In this document: positions 19,775 to 30,173 of the stretch, piece after piece
Layout: each line of letters begins with the position of its first letter
How positions within the stretch are numbered: position 1 is the stretch's first letter
Origin: a virus
DNA: 64,000 bases
Direction: 5' to 3' (one strand)
Virus record (IMG/VR): IMGVR_UViG_3300045988_080644
Position numbers and translations under genes: made by a program
Notes under the pieces: generated by a model
What the model saw: only the letters and a program-made list of their open reading frames with translations
Told to the model about the DNA's origin: nothing
The model's database searches: none

Positions 19775-20078
19775 AAATTGAATATAATTCTTTAATTAAT
19801 TATTTATTAACTTAACACATCAACAGTATATTAAATTACTGAATTTAAATAGTTAATAAATATTAAATATATTTATAGTACTATTCATATAGGTAGTCTT
19901 TGCCTTAAACGGCAAGTTCTCTACGAGAACAATATAAGAGCATTTCCTTCTCTCCAAGTTAAGAAATGTTAAAAATTCTAAACAGAGATTAAGAAATGCT
20001 CTCCACCTAAATAATCACACTACTTTGCAGATGGATGACTATTTGTAGGTGTTGTCTCACTAAAATAATTATCTTGGT

Positions 20079-20447
20079 TCATAATTTAATCTTGTTAATA
20101 AATTCATTATATTTATCAATAAATTCTTGCTCTGTAATTATATCACCCCTGTTAGCCAAAGTTAAAGATTCTTCGCAATATGAAATAGAACCAAATTTGT
20201 TAGATTCTCTTAAGTGCAATTCTAGAATAGTACAGTTACATTCATTAACCGAAATGATTTTATACCAATACATGTCTTCACCATAATCGCAATATCTATA
20301 TCTATTTTTGGATAATTCAGCTTTCAATATTGTATCTTGTATCTCACTTTGTTTAACTAATAGGTCAGCTATCTGTTTACTTATGTCTTTTAAAGTTTCA
20401 GAATCAGTCATTAAATAATTTTTCAATAGATTTCTTATAATCTGCAT
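20079..20447 (-). CDS. hypothetical protein (coiled-coil N-terminus plus small C-terminal domain family)
   Basis: ORF track; architecture shared with 35563, 38761, 39797 and 43495. Confidence 0.55.
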   Translation of the reverse strand: MQIIRNLLKNYLMTDSETLKDISKQIADLLVKQSEIQDTILKAELSKNRYRYCDYGEDMYWYKIISVNECNCTILELHLRESNKFGSISYCEESLTLANRGDIITEQEFIDKYNEFINKIKL

Positions 20448-20619
20448 TCTTATTCATAAAATATATCGTAAGAACAGTATTAATTATAGGACAGTATATA
20501 ATTACTAGAGTTAATAAATTTGCTTTAACACGTTTTTCTACCCTACGATCTTCCATATAGAATATACTAAAGAGATAAAAAACAAGTAAAACAAATGCTC
20601 CCATAGCTATTACAGGCAT
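20404..20619 (-). CDS. small membrane protein
   Basis: Two hydrophobic helices. Confidence 0.5.
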   Translation of the reverse strand: MPVIAMGAFVLLVFYLFSIFYMEDRRVEKRVKANLLTLVIIYCPIINTVLTIYFMNKNADYKKSIEKLFND

Positions 20620-20620
20620 A

Positions 20621-21718
20621 TTACAATTCCTTAATATTGGAATCTTCAGACTTTCCTAGATATATCTCATTTATAGTACAATTACTTGTGCGAAATTGTT
20701 CTATAAAACGTATTTTACCAATAATCCTTGGAGACTTATCTTGATAATCACATATAGTAGGAATATATGCAGTCTTTAAACAATCCCAATGAGTTATGAC
20801 AATGTTAAATTTACAATGATAAGTTTCACGGTAATTATCTAAACAATGTCTTTCAATAGCTCTTTCGAATAAAGTATAGTCAAAAGGACCCGTCTTAAAC
20901 TCTCCTTGTGGTCCATCATTAGTATTTGATGGTTCTTCTAGAGTAAAATATGTATCCAAGTCCATAGAATAAGGATTGTACCCATTTCCATGTCTAGTTA
21001 AATATGGACGCATAACTAAGTATACCTCTGCATTTTCTAGACACTTTTCTTGGATTCCATTTAATCCTACTTTGCTAGGAGTACAATGAGGCATAAATCC
21101 TCTTTCCATATCTAGAAGGAGACCTTGAGAACCCTCCCAAATAACAGTATCAACCTCATCAGGATAATAAGTTCCAATTATAAAGGTCTCTGGGTGTTCT
21201 TTAATAAAGGTACAAGCCTCTTTAAAAAGATCATCTAATTCAGTGTCTCGTTCTAGATTGTGATAATCCCTTATAGTTTGTAGAATTACATCTGTATATT
21301 CATTTATATAAGGGCACATACGAGCACTATAAGTTACATTATCTTTGTTTCTTTTAAAACAAGCATGTATTCCTTTACCACAAGTTCCATTATACTTTAC
21401 TCGTCCATCCATAGAATCAGCTAATACATCATAAGGTGTAATAACTCTACAGTTAGGATTTATATATAACTTAGGAACTTCAATACCTTCATTAACTAAG
21501 ACCTTATACTCATTATAGATACATATCGGGTCAATGAATACTTCTTTATATAGACAAGTTGGTACTCCTAGTAAAACACCACTTCCCCAAGAAGAACATA
21601 CGTGTGATTTACCTTTATAAACCACACGATGCCCAGCTTGTGGACCTCCACTAAATCTAATGACAACAGGTTTATGGCTATTCATACATAACCATTGTAC
21701 TACATTACCTTTACCCTC
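20621..21718 (-). CDS. adenylosuccinate-synthetase-family (PurA/PurZ-like) enzyme, exon 2
   Basis: EGKGNVVQWL...RFSGGPQAGH, GTCGKGIHACF, WEGSQGLLLDMERG and LTRHGNGY align with the PurA motifs GDEGKGK, GGHNAGH, GTTGRGIGPAY, FEGAQGTLLD and STRVGAGP. The frame is open 33 nt upstream of the annotated ATG, back to a TAA. Confidence 0.75.
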   Translation of the reverse strand, partial: EGKGNVVQWLCMNSHKPVVIRFSGGPQAGHRVVYKGKSHVCSSWGSGVLLGVPTCLYKEVFIDPICIYNEYKVLVNEGIEVPKLYINPNCRVITPYDVLADSMDGRVKYNGTCGKGIHACFKRNKDNVTYSARMCPYINEYTDVILQTIRDYHNLERDTELDDLFKEACTFIKEHPETFIIGTYYPDEVDTVIWEGSQGLLLDMERGFMPHCTPSKVGLNGIQEKCLENAEVYLVMRPYLTRHGNGYNPYSMDLDTYFTLEEPSNTNDGPQGEFKTGPFDYTLFERAIERHCLDNYRETYHCKFNIVITHWDCLKTAYIPTICDYQDKSPRIIGKIRFIEQFRTSNCTINEIYLGKSEDSNIKEL

Positions 21719-22975
21719 CCAATTGTTAGCTTATAGGCTTTTTATCCTATAATTCTGGAGATTACTCTCATACTCTTTCGAGATACGTCTGTCAATTCAG
21801 ACCAGTGCGGCGTACATTTTCACCATATTACTAAAAGTAACTTAGGGCAGGACACTCTTGGGTCTATTATATTTATTCAAGACCTACGCTCTACAATACC
21901 AATTAGCCTTACGCAATCTAATTAGTTATCACGGTATTATCTAGGAATTATAGACTTCACCGTTTTTGCCCTGTAATAATAGTTACAGTTTCCCATAACT
22001 ACGACGAAATTCTAAATATCTATTATATTTTCTATCTAAGTACATTGTTGAATTTTTATATAAATAATCTATGCATTGATATGCTACATTGTTAGTTAAA
22101 AGAATCTAATAAGTTTTACCATTATTATGTTTAGCATATAAAGTTTTTTCACCACAAGGTAGATATCTCATCATCCCTTGCAAGAAATCTTTAGTTCCAA
22201 TTACATTAAACTCAGCATATTTATGTTCTTTATCTGAATAAGTGACACATCCATCACCATCAAAGTATCCTCTAAGAAAATGACGAATTAATTCTTCTTT
22301 ACTATATCGATCAGAACTTATAAATATGTCTTCGTTAGGAAATTGTAGTATTAAAGACTTTTGAGGAACACATCCCTTTGAAATTAGATTTTGATAAATA
22401 TTTCTATTATCAAACTTCATTCTACAAGTTATATAATTATCTTTTTCTTGAGTTCTAATTTCACTAGAATAATGTAATAAATCACAGAATTTTTGCATAT
22501 GGCTAATATCTGCATATTGCAAATTCATTGCAAATGTTGGTCTATCTTTAGCTACATACCCATCAGCAAATATGAAACCTAACCAATAAGCCTTTTCTTC
22601 AGTATCTATTACATCAAAGAAATGTTCATTAAGATCCCACATTCCTCTTTTATCTACTACAGATGCACCCATTAATGATAAATTCTTTTTAATGGTTTTT
22701 TCTGTAACATTATATTTAATTGCTAACTCTTCTATGGTTTTACCAGAATTATATAAGGATAAAGCTTCATCTTTATTATAAGTCTATCTAATTTCTTTAA
22801 GAGTTACTCCTTTATATACTAAATATTTTTTTACACTATCTTTACTAACTTTATTATCTTTACATATCTGGGAAATTGATAATCCCTAATCTACATACAT
22901 AGACACTATATTTAAAGTGTCAAACTTTTCAATAGTACTTTTTCTTATCATATAATATTATTTAAAAATTAATTC
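21719..22975 (-). mobile_element. putative group I intron carrying a LAGLIDADG homing endonuclease ORF
   Basis: Separates the PurA-like P-loop halves (..IVLGSLFGD | EGKGN..). The 5' exon ends in U and the intron ends in G. The GC-richer 3' part contains GNRA-capped and long-range helices. P1/IGS pairing was not identified. Confidence 0.55.
21983..22951 (-). CDS. LAGLIDADG homing endonuclease with N-terminal HTH (TAG-recoded)
   Basis: Two LAGLIDADG motifs (WLGFIFADGYV, FLRGYFDGDGCV). Checked codon by codon: 322 codons open from ATG 22951 to TAA 21983, with 3 in-frame TAG (22886, 22784, 22106) and no TAA or TGA. Confidence 0.8.
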
Positions 22976-23029
22976 ATCACCAAATAGAGATCCAAGTACT
23001 ATCTGATTACGAATTTGTTTGCTGTCCAT
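22976..23029 (-). CDS. PurA/PurZ-like enzyme, exon 1 (MDSKQIRNQIVLGSLFGD)
   Basis: The ATG at 23029 overlaps the end of the upstream gene. IVLGSLFGD supplies the missing first strand and start of the P-loop (PurA: VVVLGTQWGD-EGKGK). Confidence 0.55.
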
Positions 23030-23819
23030 AGCTGTTAGAAACAATACGAGCAATAGATTCACCTACGTGCTCTTTATCTGAAATAATAAGATTATCCCCT
23101 ACATAAGGCTTCCAACTGTTAGAAACCCTCTCTACACCATAGTAACCACCATGCTCAACATGAATATGATAAATATCCCACTTCTCAGCACATTCTCTAT
23201 ATATGAAGGAAGTGGCTAAATCTTCACCACACTCATCACCTATATAATGAGTTACTGCTTCTTTAGGAAGAGTTTTATGAATTGGCTCATCACTAATTGT
23301 AATTAAACAGCCTTTAATACCTCTTTTCTCTAGGGCGTCGGTCTTAATGTGATTAGTAGCAAAATACCAACACATATGAGGATCCTCTCCGTTATTACCG
23401 CCTCCTCTACCTTCAAGATCAACCTTACGGAGCCATTTCTCCATAAGTTCATCACTCGATTCAAACTGTCCTACTTGTAAAGGGGCTTCTTCATAGCAGC
23501 CTTCTACATCACCAAATGCCATAAAACAGATTTGAGGATTATCAATACCCGCCTTCATAATACTAGCTACACAATCTGGCAGGGTATTATCAATAAGATA
23601 TTTAGGAACTTTACCCATAGAACCTGTCTCATCAAGGGCAATAATAATAGGAAATGATTCTGGATGCTCCTCAGAATCACAAGACTCTCTGAAATTAATA
23701 TTAAGAGGATTCATTTCAGGGTCTAAATTCTTCTTACTAAATGTCTTTTCGATAGACTGAGATCTGTAACTATGACTTCTAGCTACAGCATCACTATATG
23801 AATAACTACCACATCCCAT
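23007..23819 (-). CDS. von Willebrand factor A (vWA) domain protein, TerY-like
   Basis: MIDAS-type IIIALDETGSMG near the start of the domain; about 270 aa, as in TerY. Confidence 0.65.
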   Translation of the reverse strand: MGCGSYSYSDAVARSHSYRSQSIEKTFSKKNLDPEMNPLNINFRESCDSEEHPESFPIIIALDETGSMGKVPKYLIDNTLPDCVASIMKAGIDNPQICFMAFGDVEGCYEEAPLQVGQFESSDELMEKWLRKVDLEGRGGGNNGEDPHMCWYFATNHIKTDALEKRGIKGCLITISDEPIHKTLPKEAVTHYIGDECGEDLATSFIYRECAEKWDIYHIHVEHGGYYGVERVSNSWKPYVGDNLIISDKEHVGESIARIVSNSYGQQTNS

Positions 23820-24880
23820 TATGCTTCCTCCTTTGCTTGTGATTTAATATTACTAGCTAATGCACTAACTAAAGCATTTACATTATCTATAAGTGTATCT
23901 ACCTTAGCATTAATCTTATCTAATTCTGATGGTTCTGGAGTCTCAGCAGCGGGCTTGTTTGCTGCTCCGAACATATTACCAAACATGTTGCCACCTCCCA
24001 TAAGCTGACTCATAAGCGTTATAGTCATAAAATCAGAACTACTCTTATCTGCAAGAGCCATAAGCATTATAGGATTAAATCCTTTACCTGCATTATTAAA
24101 CAATCCACCACCATTAAAAGCAGACATCATAAGCAGATTCTTAACATCGAATCTGTTGCCGCTCATAAATGCAAGTGCCAGTGGATTAAATCCATTAGAA
24201 GAATCAAAGTTAAATGGATTGACAATAACTCGGAATGTTGCAGAACCCATCAACTCATCTTCAATAGCAATCTTATTATTGATATTACCATTGAAGTTCA
24301 TAATCTTGATAGAACCATCTTCTGCTTTAGCCTTAACTACACCATAAGATCTGCCTGACTTTACAATATCTCCAATTACAATCTGGTCAGAATTCTTACT
24401 AATATTGTAAATACAAGGCATAGGGTAAGTCATCTTGTATTTCTTGAGTTTGCCAGAAGGAGACATACCTACATAAGCACCGTCACTATTCTTAAAGCAG
24501 AGCACACCATCAGTAATACTAATCTTAGCACCCTCTTCAGCCTGCGGCATAAAATCATCGTACATGTCTTTAGTTAAATCACCAAAGACATCACTCATAT
24601 CCATTTTTCCAAATTGTTCCATACTTGAAATATTTTTACCTATAGTATTAATTTGTTTACCATTAATCTCAGAAATTGTTACTGTCTCATAACTTTCTTG
24701 TTCTCTAGAACTTGCATAAGTCCAGACAACTTGAAATTTACTGTCATAACCTACAAGTTGTACTAAATCACCTCTTTTAAGTCCTGGACACTCATTAGCT
24801 ACTATATATGGTACAGTAGTTTCTGAATTCATTCTCTCAGGACTTAATTTAGTATTTGTAAATATACCTCTAATTATCAT
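23819..24880 (-). CDS. hypothetical protein with G/N/M-rich low-complexity region
   Basis: ORF track; 1-nt overlap with the vWA gene. Confidence 0.6.
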   Translation of the reverse strand: MIIRGIFTNTKLSPERMNSETTVPYIVANECPGLKRGDLVQLVGYDSKFQVVWTYASSREQESYETVTISEINGKQINTIGKNISSMEQFGKMDMSDVFGDLTKDMYDDFMPQAEEGAKISITDGVLCFKNSDGAYVGMSPSGKLKKYKMTYPMPCIYNISKNSDQIVIGDIVKSGRSYGVVKAKAEDGSIKIMNFNGNINNKIAIEDELMGSATFRVIVNPFNFDSSNGFNPLALAFMSGNRFDVKNLLMMSAFNGGGLFNNAGKGFNPIMLMALADKSSSDFMTITLMSQLMGGGNMFGNMFGAANKPAAETPEPSELDKINAKVDTLIDNVNALVSALASNIKSQAKEEA

Positions 24881-24882
24881 AA

Positions 24883-25110
24883 TTATAAACTATTAAGTAT
24901 ATTTTTATATCTATCTAAATATTTAGAACCTAATGCAGACATTATCTTATAAAATCCTGACCTAAATCCATCATCAGAGCTAACTAATTGTTTTATGCTC
25001 TTTATATAATAATCAGGTATATCAGATCTACATTCATGTTGCATTAAGTTTCTAACTAGTGCCATTTTATTTAATATTTCACCAGCTGCCTTAGCTTTAT
25101 CTTCAGTCAT
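24883..25110 (-). CDS. hypothetical protein
   Basis: ORF track. Confidence 0.55.
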   Translation of the reverse strand: MTEDKAKAAGEILNKMALVRNLMQHECRSDIPDYYIKSIKQLVSSDDGFRSGFYKIMSALGSKYLDRYKNILNSL

Positions 25111-25320
25111 ACTTTATTATAGCTAAATATATTAATAAGATGACTAAAGTCATTCCTAGCATATCTATAAACATTCAAATAGCCCTAATAGACTTAAATG
25201 GATAACGTTTCTGATCATAACTACTAATGAAGTTTTCTTTTACTTTAGCTTCATTAATACCTGTGAGTCTAATGGTTTGTTCTTTGTTTTTTAAAGAATC
25301 AAAATAAGTTATTTCAAATT

Positions 25321-25728
25321 TCATATAAAAGATTCTCTGTTATTAAATTTATTTTGAGCATCAAGTACTCCTTCTTTATCTGTAATATCTACAATAAGTC
25401 CTATTTGTCGTAACCAAACATCAAATGGACCACTGTACCCCTGGTCACCAACCCAACCTCCTTTACAAAATACTATCTTCTTCCAAACGAAGATAGCACA
25501 TAATATCCCATCAACTTCACATAAATGTTTGCCTTCTGGAATATCTAAGAATGTTGGAGCTAAACCTATCCCTTCTCGATAATATCTAGATATTCGAGTA
25601 TGAAATACATCATCCTGCATAACTACTGAATCAGTTTCATAATTAGTAGACAGTTTACCGTGCAAATAAAAATCAGGCTGATAAATCCAATTCTCGTTTC
25701 GACTACTTAATGGCTTAAATTTAATCAT
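25321..25728 (-). CDS. hypothetical protein
   Basis: ORF track. Confidence 0.6.
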   Translation of the reverse strand: MIKFKPLSSRNENWIYQPDFYLHGKLSTNYETDSVVMQDDVFHTRISRYYREGIGLAPTFLDIPEGKHLCEVDGILCAIFVWKKIVFCKGGWVGDQGYSGPFDVWLRQIGLIVDITDKEGVLDAQNKFNNRESFI

Positions 25729-25880
25729 TTATGTTTCTTTTTCCATCGAAACCATAAACCTAATACAATACCAATTATAAACCAAACTAGTATTGTAATA
25801 ATAAAGGTTCCAATATTAAGTACAATCATAATCTAATATTTATAGAGAGGACTAGCTATTAACCAGTCCTCTCTCGTTAA

Positions 25881-28340
25881 TTACTTGAATAACTTTTTAA
25901 TCCAATAGAAAAGCTCTCTACAAACTGGTACAATTGCAGTAAGACCTACAATCTCTAACCATGTTTCAATACTTAATGGTTCTGTTCTGAACACATCGCC
26001 ACCAAATTGAACTATCAAAATTTGACCAATAAATATAACCAAACATATTCCAATAAATGCAGGATTACTTAACAAACCGTTAAAGATACTTCTGTCTTGT
26101 CCAAATACTCTTGCATTAAACAAGTTCCAGAATTGCAACATAACAAAGATAGTGAAGAACTCTGTAAGGCTATATGTATTACTAATCAGCAAATATAATA
26201 ATATGCCAAAATACAAAATACTTACACCAAAGATTTCATACCACATTCTCTTAGTGATAATAAATGCCTTAGGATCACGAGGCTGTTCAGACATTACTGC
26301 TTCATTAGCTGGTTCCGTAGCTAATGCTAAAGCAGCAAAAGTATCCATAATTAAGTTAACCCACAGCATTTGGATAACAGTGAATGGTAAGTCTACTCCA
26401 ATAAATGGACCTACACAAGCAATACCAATAGCTACAACATTTACAGTAAGCTGGAAGAGAATAAAGTGCTGAATATTCTTATACAAGCTTCTTCCCCACT
26501 TAACTCCTAAGATAACGGAAGGGAATGAATTATCAAGAAGAATAACATCAGCTGCATTCTTAGCAATATCAGTACCATTATTCATAGCTACACCTACCTC
26601 AGCTTGGTTAAGAGCGGCTGAATCATTTGTACCATCACCAGTTACGGCCACTACTTCTCCCATACTTTGGAATCTCTTAACAAGTGTCTGCTTGTCTTCA
26701 GGTTTAGTTCTAGCAAATACATCTACCTTACGTAAATTAGTATCTGTCTGGGTTTCGACTTCCTTACCAAGCATCGTATTAGGAGTTTGAGAGATATTAG
26801 CTTGGGCAGCAATAGAAGCAGCTGTTTCAGGATTATCACCTGTCACAATCTTAACTTTAATTCCCGCGTTTCTAGCAGCCTGAATTGCATCAGGTACATT
26901 ACTTCTCACTGGGTCTTCAATAGCTACGTAGCCATCCCATATGAAGTCCGAGAGGGTATTTATATCAGAACCGATCTTGTGTGCAAAAGCAATACATCTT
27001 CTGCCTTTAGATTGTTGTTCTGCAAAATTAGGTATGTTCTCATTAGAGCAGAAATTCATTACTATTTCTGGAGCACCCTTAATATAGGTAACTGTCCCAT
27101 CACTAGTAATCATATATTTATTCTTAGAATTAAATTCTACTCTACCTGTTATATGAGTTTTATTTCTTTTATCAGTGATATCAACTGATTTTTGTACATA
27201 TTGCAAACAAGCCCCCTCCGTAGGATTTCCTACTACTTCTCCAGTAGGACTAAGATTAGCAGTAGAATTAAGTACAATATTATTTATAACAGCATTTCTA
27301 TCTGTAAAGTCCTGGAATACTACTTTCATTTTATTCTCTGTAAGAGTTCCTGTCTTATCAGTAAGAATAAGAGTTGTAGCACCAAGAGTTTCACAGGCAT
27401 GCATCTTTCTAATAAGATTATTAGCTTTAGCCATTCTCTTCATAGAATAAGCAAGAGCAAGAGTTACTGCCATAGGTAAACCTTCTGGTACTGCTACTAC
27501 AATGAGTGCTACTGCAATCATTAAGAATTGTAAGCAATCATTTACAATATCAATAGCATCTTTGCCCACATATCCCTGCTCTATAAATATATAACGTATA
27601 GCAAGAGACACAATAAGAATACCTGCAGCTGTGAATGCTATCTTGTTAATTAAGCTAGCTAATCCATTAAGCTGTTTGTTAAGAGGAGTTTCTACATCAG
27701 TAATAGAAGATGCTTCTCTAGCAGTCTTACCTACTTCTGTTTCATCTCCTACTGCAAATACTTCGCCTACACAAGTACCTTCTGCTACGATAGTGCTTTT
27801 ATAAATTCTATTTGTAGGATAGGTAGCAGTCTCTGATTCAAAATTAGTTTTAGTTACAGGATTTGTTTCTCCAGTTAAAGAAGCTTCACTTACTTTCAAA
27901 TTGCTATATTCTTTAACAATAATATCAGCAGGAACTTCTTCACCGGCTTCAAGTATTACAATATCCCCTACAACTAAGTCCTTACGAGCTACTTGAATTA
28001 CTCCATTATCTCGTCTTACCTTAACTAGAGTATCATCACTGCTAGTTAAAAGAAGGTCAAACTTCTTAGCTGCTGACCAGGTATTCCAAAAACCAATACC
28101 TACAGCTAAAGCAATAGCTACAATAATACCAATAGGTTCTGTAAACTCACCCTTTACAAATCCTAAGGCAATAGATACTGCAGCTGCAATAAGTAATATT
28201 ACGATAAGCGGATCTTTAAATCCATCAAATAACATTACATACCAAGCATCTCTCTTTGGAGGTGTCAATACATTAATGCCATGTCTAGCACGTGAATCTT
28301 CTACTTCTGTTAAGCTAAGACCGTAATTTATATCTGTCAT
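25881..28340 (-). CDS. P2-type cation-transporting P-type ATPase (Ca2+-ATPase-like)
   Basis: DKTGTLTENKM phosphorylation site, TGDN, VAVTGDGTNDSAAL hinge, TM4 AVPEGLP, TM6 NLIMDTFAALALATEP. Confidence 0.9.
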   Translation of the reverse strand: MTDINYGLSLTEVEDSRARHGINVLTPPKRDAWYVMLFDGFKDPLIVILLIAAAVSIALGFVKGEFTEPIGIIVAIALAVGIGFWNTWSAAKKFDLLLTSSDDTLVKVRRDNGVIQVARKDLVVGDIVILEAGEEVPADIIVKEYSNLKVSEASLTGETNPVTKTNFESETATYPTNRIYKSTIVAEGTCVGEVFAVGDETEVGKTAREASSITDVETPLNKQLNGLASLINKIAFTAAGILIVSLAIRYIFIEQGYVGKDAIDIVNDCLQFLMIAVALIVVAVPEGLPMAVTLALAYSMKRMAKANNLIRKMHACETLGATTLILTDKTGTLTENKMKVVFQDFTDRNAVINNIVLNSTANLSPTGEVVGNPTEGACLQYVQKSVDITDKRNKTHITGRVEFNSKNKYMITSDGTVTYIKGAPEIVMNFCSNENIPNFAEQQSKGRRCIAFAHKIGSDINTLSDFIWDGYVAIEDPVRSNVPDAIQAARNAGIKVKIVTGDNPETAASIAAQANISQTPNTMLGKEVETQTDTNLRKVDVFARTKPEDKQTLVKRFQSMGEVVAVTGDGTNDSAALNQAEVGVAMNNGTDIAKNAADVILLDNSFPSVILGVKWGRSLYKNIQHFILFQLTVNVVAIGIACVGPFIGVDLPFTVIQMLWVNLIMDTFAALALATEPANEAVMSEQPRDPKAFIITKRMWYEIFGVSILYFGILLYLLISNTYSLTEFFTIFVMLQFWNLFNARVFGQDRSIFNGLLSNPAFIGICLVIFIGQILIVQFGGDVFRTEPLSIETWLEIVGLTAIVPVCRELFYWIKKLFK

Positions 28341-28361
28341 TTTTTCTGTTATTATAATTAA

Positions 28362-28988
28362 TTAAAGAAATGCAATTGTTGGACGCTTCATAGCATCAAT
28401 TGAAGTCCAACCTCCGAACTCACCAACTGCCTTAAAGCGCCATTCACCATCCTTCTTATAGGCAATACCAAGGATAACCGCCTGCTTATCAGAAATCTTA
28501 GTACCCTCTTTGCCGTCTTCAAGATTAAACTTAGCTAAGACATTTACAGGAGTATTAGTGTTTCTCTGTACTTGATCACCAGTATAGATACGAAGACCCA
28601 TATAAGGAATCTCACCAAATGTCTGATGTGTAAAGTTATTGAGAGTAAATGCAATATACTCAACACGTGGGTCAAGTTCATTCAAGCATACCTCAATAGT
28701 CTCATTATCAAGACCATCATTACCATTGGTGTCACCTGAGCGGTCATCACCACTATGACGGATACCTGGAGCACTCAAATTGTAATAAGCTACTTCGCCA
28801 ATACAATTCTTATTGGCATCATACAGAAGAACAGTAGAATCCAAATCTACTTTCTCAACAGACCCACCAATACCGAACAGTCCACGATGCTGAATGGCGC
28901 CCCAATTTGAACCAAAGTACAACTTACTCAAACCATTGTTAGACTCTTTAGACAGATTAATTCTGCCACCTTTACTTAAATTAATCAT
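28362..28988 (-). CDS. TerD-domain protein
   Basis: N-terminal INLSKGGRINLSK and the Ca-binding loop SGDDRSGDTNGNDGLDNETIEV. Confidence 0.8.
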   Translation of the reverse strand: MINLSKGGRINLSKESNNGLSKLYFGSNWGAIQHRGLFGIGGSVEKVDLDSTVLLYDANKNCIGEVAYYNLSAPGIRHSGDDRSGDTNGNDGLDNETIEVCLNELDPRVEYIAFTLNNFTHQTFGEIPYMGLRIYTGDQVQRNTNTPVNVLAKFNLEDGKEGTKISDKQAVILGIAYKKDGEWRFKAVGEFGGWTSIDAMKRPTIAFL

Positions 28989-29096
28989 AAAACTTTACTA
29001 AATAATTGTAAATTACTAATTAACTAAAAATGGGAGTACCTAATTAAAGATACTCCCTTATAGAATCAAGAATTAAAACCGAATTAACTTAATTAA

Positions 29097-29699
29097 TTAA
29101 ATAGCTGGAGCATCTGGCAAGATGAGTCCATAGCCACGAAGAATATCACGATAGATAACGTTCTGATAGCTACCCTTATCTTCTCCAAGAGCCTTGAACT
29201 TCCAATCACCATTATGGCGATAAAGTTGGCAAAATACAATACAGCGAGACATACTTGCATCCTCAGTGAGATCAAACTTAGCCAGAGGAGTAGTATTACC
29301 TTTAGCATACAAGTTGCAATAAGCATTGTTAACCATACCAAAGTTCTGCTGACGATTCTTAGCATCGTGAATATTAACTAAGATAATAATTTTCTGGACA
29401 TCTGCAGGAACCTTAGTGGTATCTACTACAATTGTCTCATCATCTCCAGCACCAGCACCTGTACGATTATCGCCTGAATGCTTAATAGCATCTTTCCAAT
29501 TTGGATTATTGTAGAAAATGAAGCCATCATCAGGATCTACTGCTTTATCCTGAGCATTCAAAGGAATAGTAGCTACATCCAAATCAAATTCTACACCTGC
29601 CTGAGTTGCTATATCCCAACCCAAACCAATTGAAAACTCTGTTACACCATTTGCTTCTTTAGCGAGGTTGATGTTACCTCCTTTACTTAATTGAATCAT
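29097..29699 (-). CDS. TerD-domain protein
   Basis: MIQLSKGGNINLAKE and SGDNRTGAGAGDDETIVVD; start set at ATG 29699. Confidence 0.8.
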   Translation of the reverse strand: MIQLSKGGNINLAKEANGVTEFSIGLGWDIATQAGVEFDLDVATIPLNAQDKAVDPDDGFIFYNNPNWKDAIKHSGDNRTGAGAGDDETIVVDTTKVPADVQKIIILVNIHDAKNRQQNFGMVNNAYCNLYAKGNTTPLAKFDLTEDASMSRCIVFCQLYRHNGDWKFKALGEDKGSYQNVIYRDILRGYGLILPDAPAI

Positions 29700-29713
29700 A
29701 ATTGTGAATTTAA

Positions 29714-29905
29714 TTAAAATTTGCCGCAAAGTTTACGGCTAATTATAGTCATAACTTTATCATAAGTTAACTTTTTAGCTTCTTTCTCAGAATAACCTTC
29801 TATAATATAAGAATCTACTATTTTCTCAATTGCAGCATTCATTTCAGAGAATAAGTACTTTTGTTCTTTAGTTAACTTATCATCGTATAAATAAGATTTA
29901 TTCAT
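29714..29905 (-). CDS. hypothetical protein
   Basis: ORF track. Confidence 0.5.
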   Translation of the reverse strand: MNKSYLYDDKLTKEQKYLFSEMNAAIEKIVDSYIIEGYSEKEAKKLTYDKVMTIISRKLCGKF

Positions 29906-30173
29906 CTACTTGTAAATCCGCCTGAGTACTTTCTAAGTAATCCTTATTATCTAAGTCTTTAATAAGATTAACTAAGTCTTCCACAGTCTTTAGATTCTGA
30001 ACTTTATCATCTTTAATAGGATAACCAAACTCCTGTTCACATTCAATGATAATTTCTACTAAATCAAGGCTGTCTATGTACAAATCATCGAAAGTATCTG
30101 CACTAGTTATTTTTTCGCTTTCTATTCCAAGGACTTCACTAACAATGCTTATTACTTTTTCTTCTATACTCAT
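29898..30173 (-). CDS. acyl carrier protein-like
   Basis: LYIDSLDLVEIIIECEQEFG contains the DSLD phosphopantetheine-serine motif in a 91-aa acidic helical protein. Confidence 0.7.
   Translation of the reverse strand: MSIEEKVISIVSEVLGIESEKITSADTFDDLYIDSLDLVEIIIECEQEFGYPIKDDKVQNLKTVEDLVNLIKDLDNKDYLESTQADLQVDE

Noticed and set aside
26152-27479. Several plus-strand ORFs (26152, 26787, 27175, 27192) inside the P-type ATPase gene
   Set aside because: They are antisense shadows of an unambiguous 819-aa P-type ATPase. The same reasoning applies to the other antisense ORFs in the track, namely 3493, 4963, 6347, 7776, 8573, 8808, 10735, 11357, 13330, 13531, 13906, 18076, 20035, 24156, 29093, 32540, 34235, 37732, 37914-38530, 40402, 43853, 54741, 55896, 57141, 57613, 57650, 58737, 60839, 61307 and 63264.
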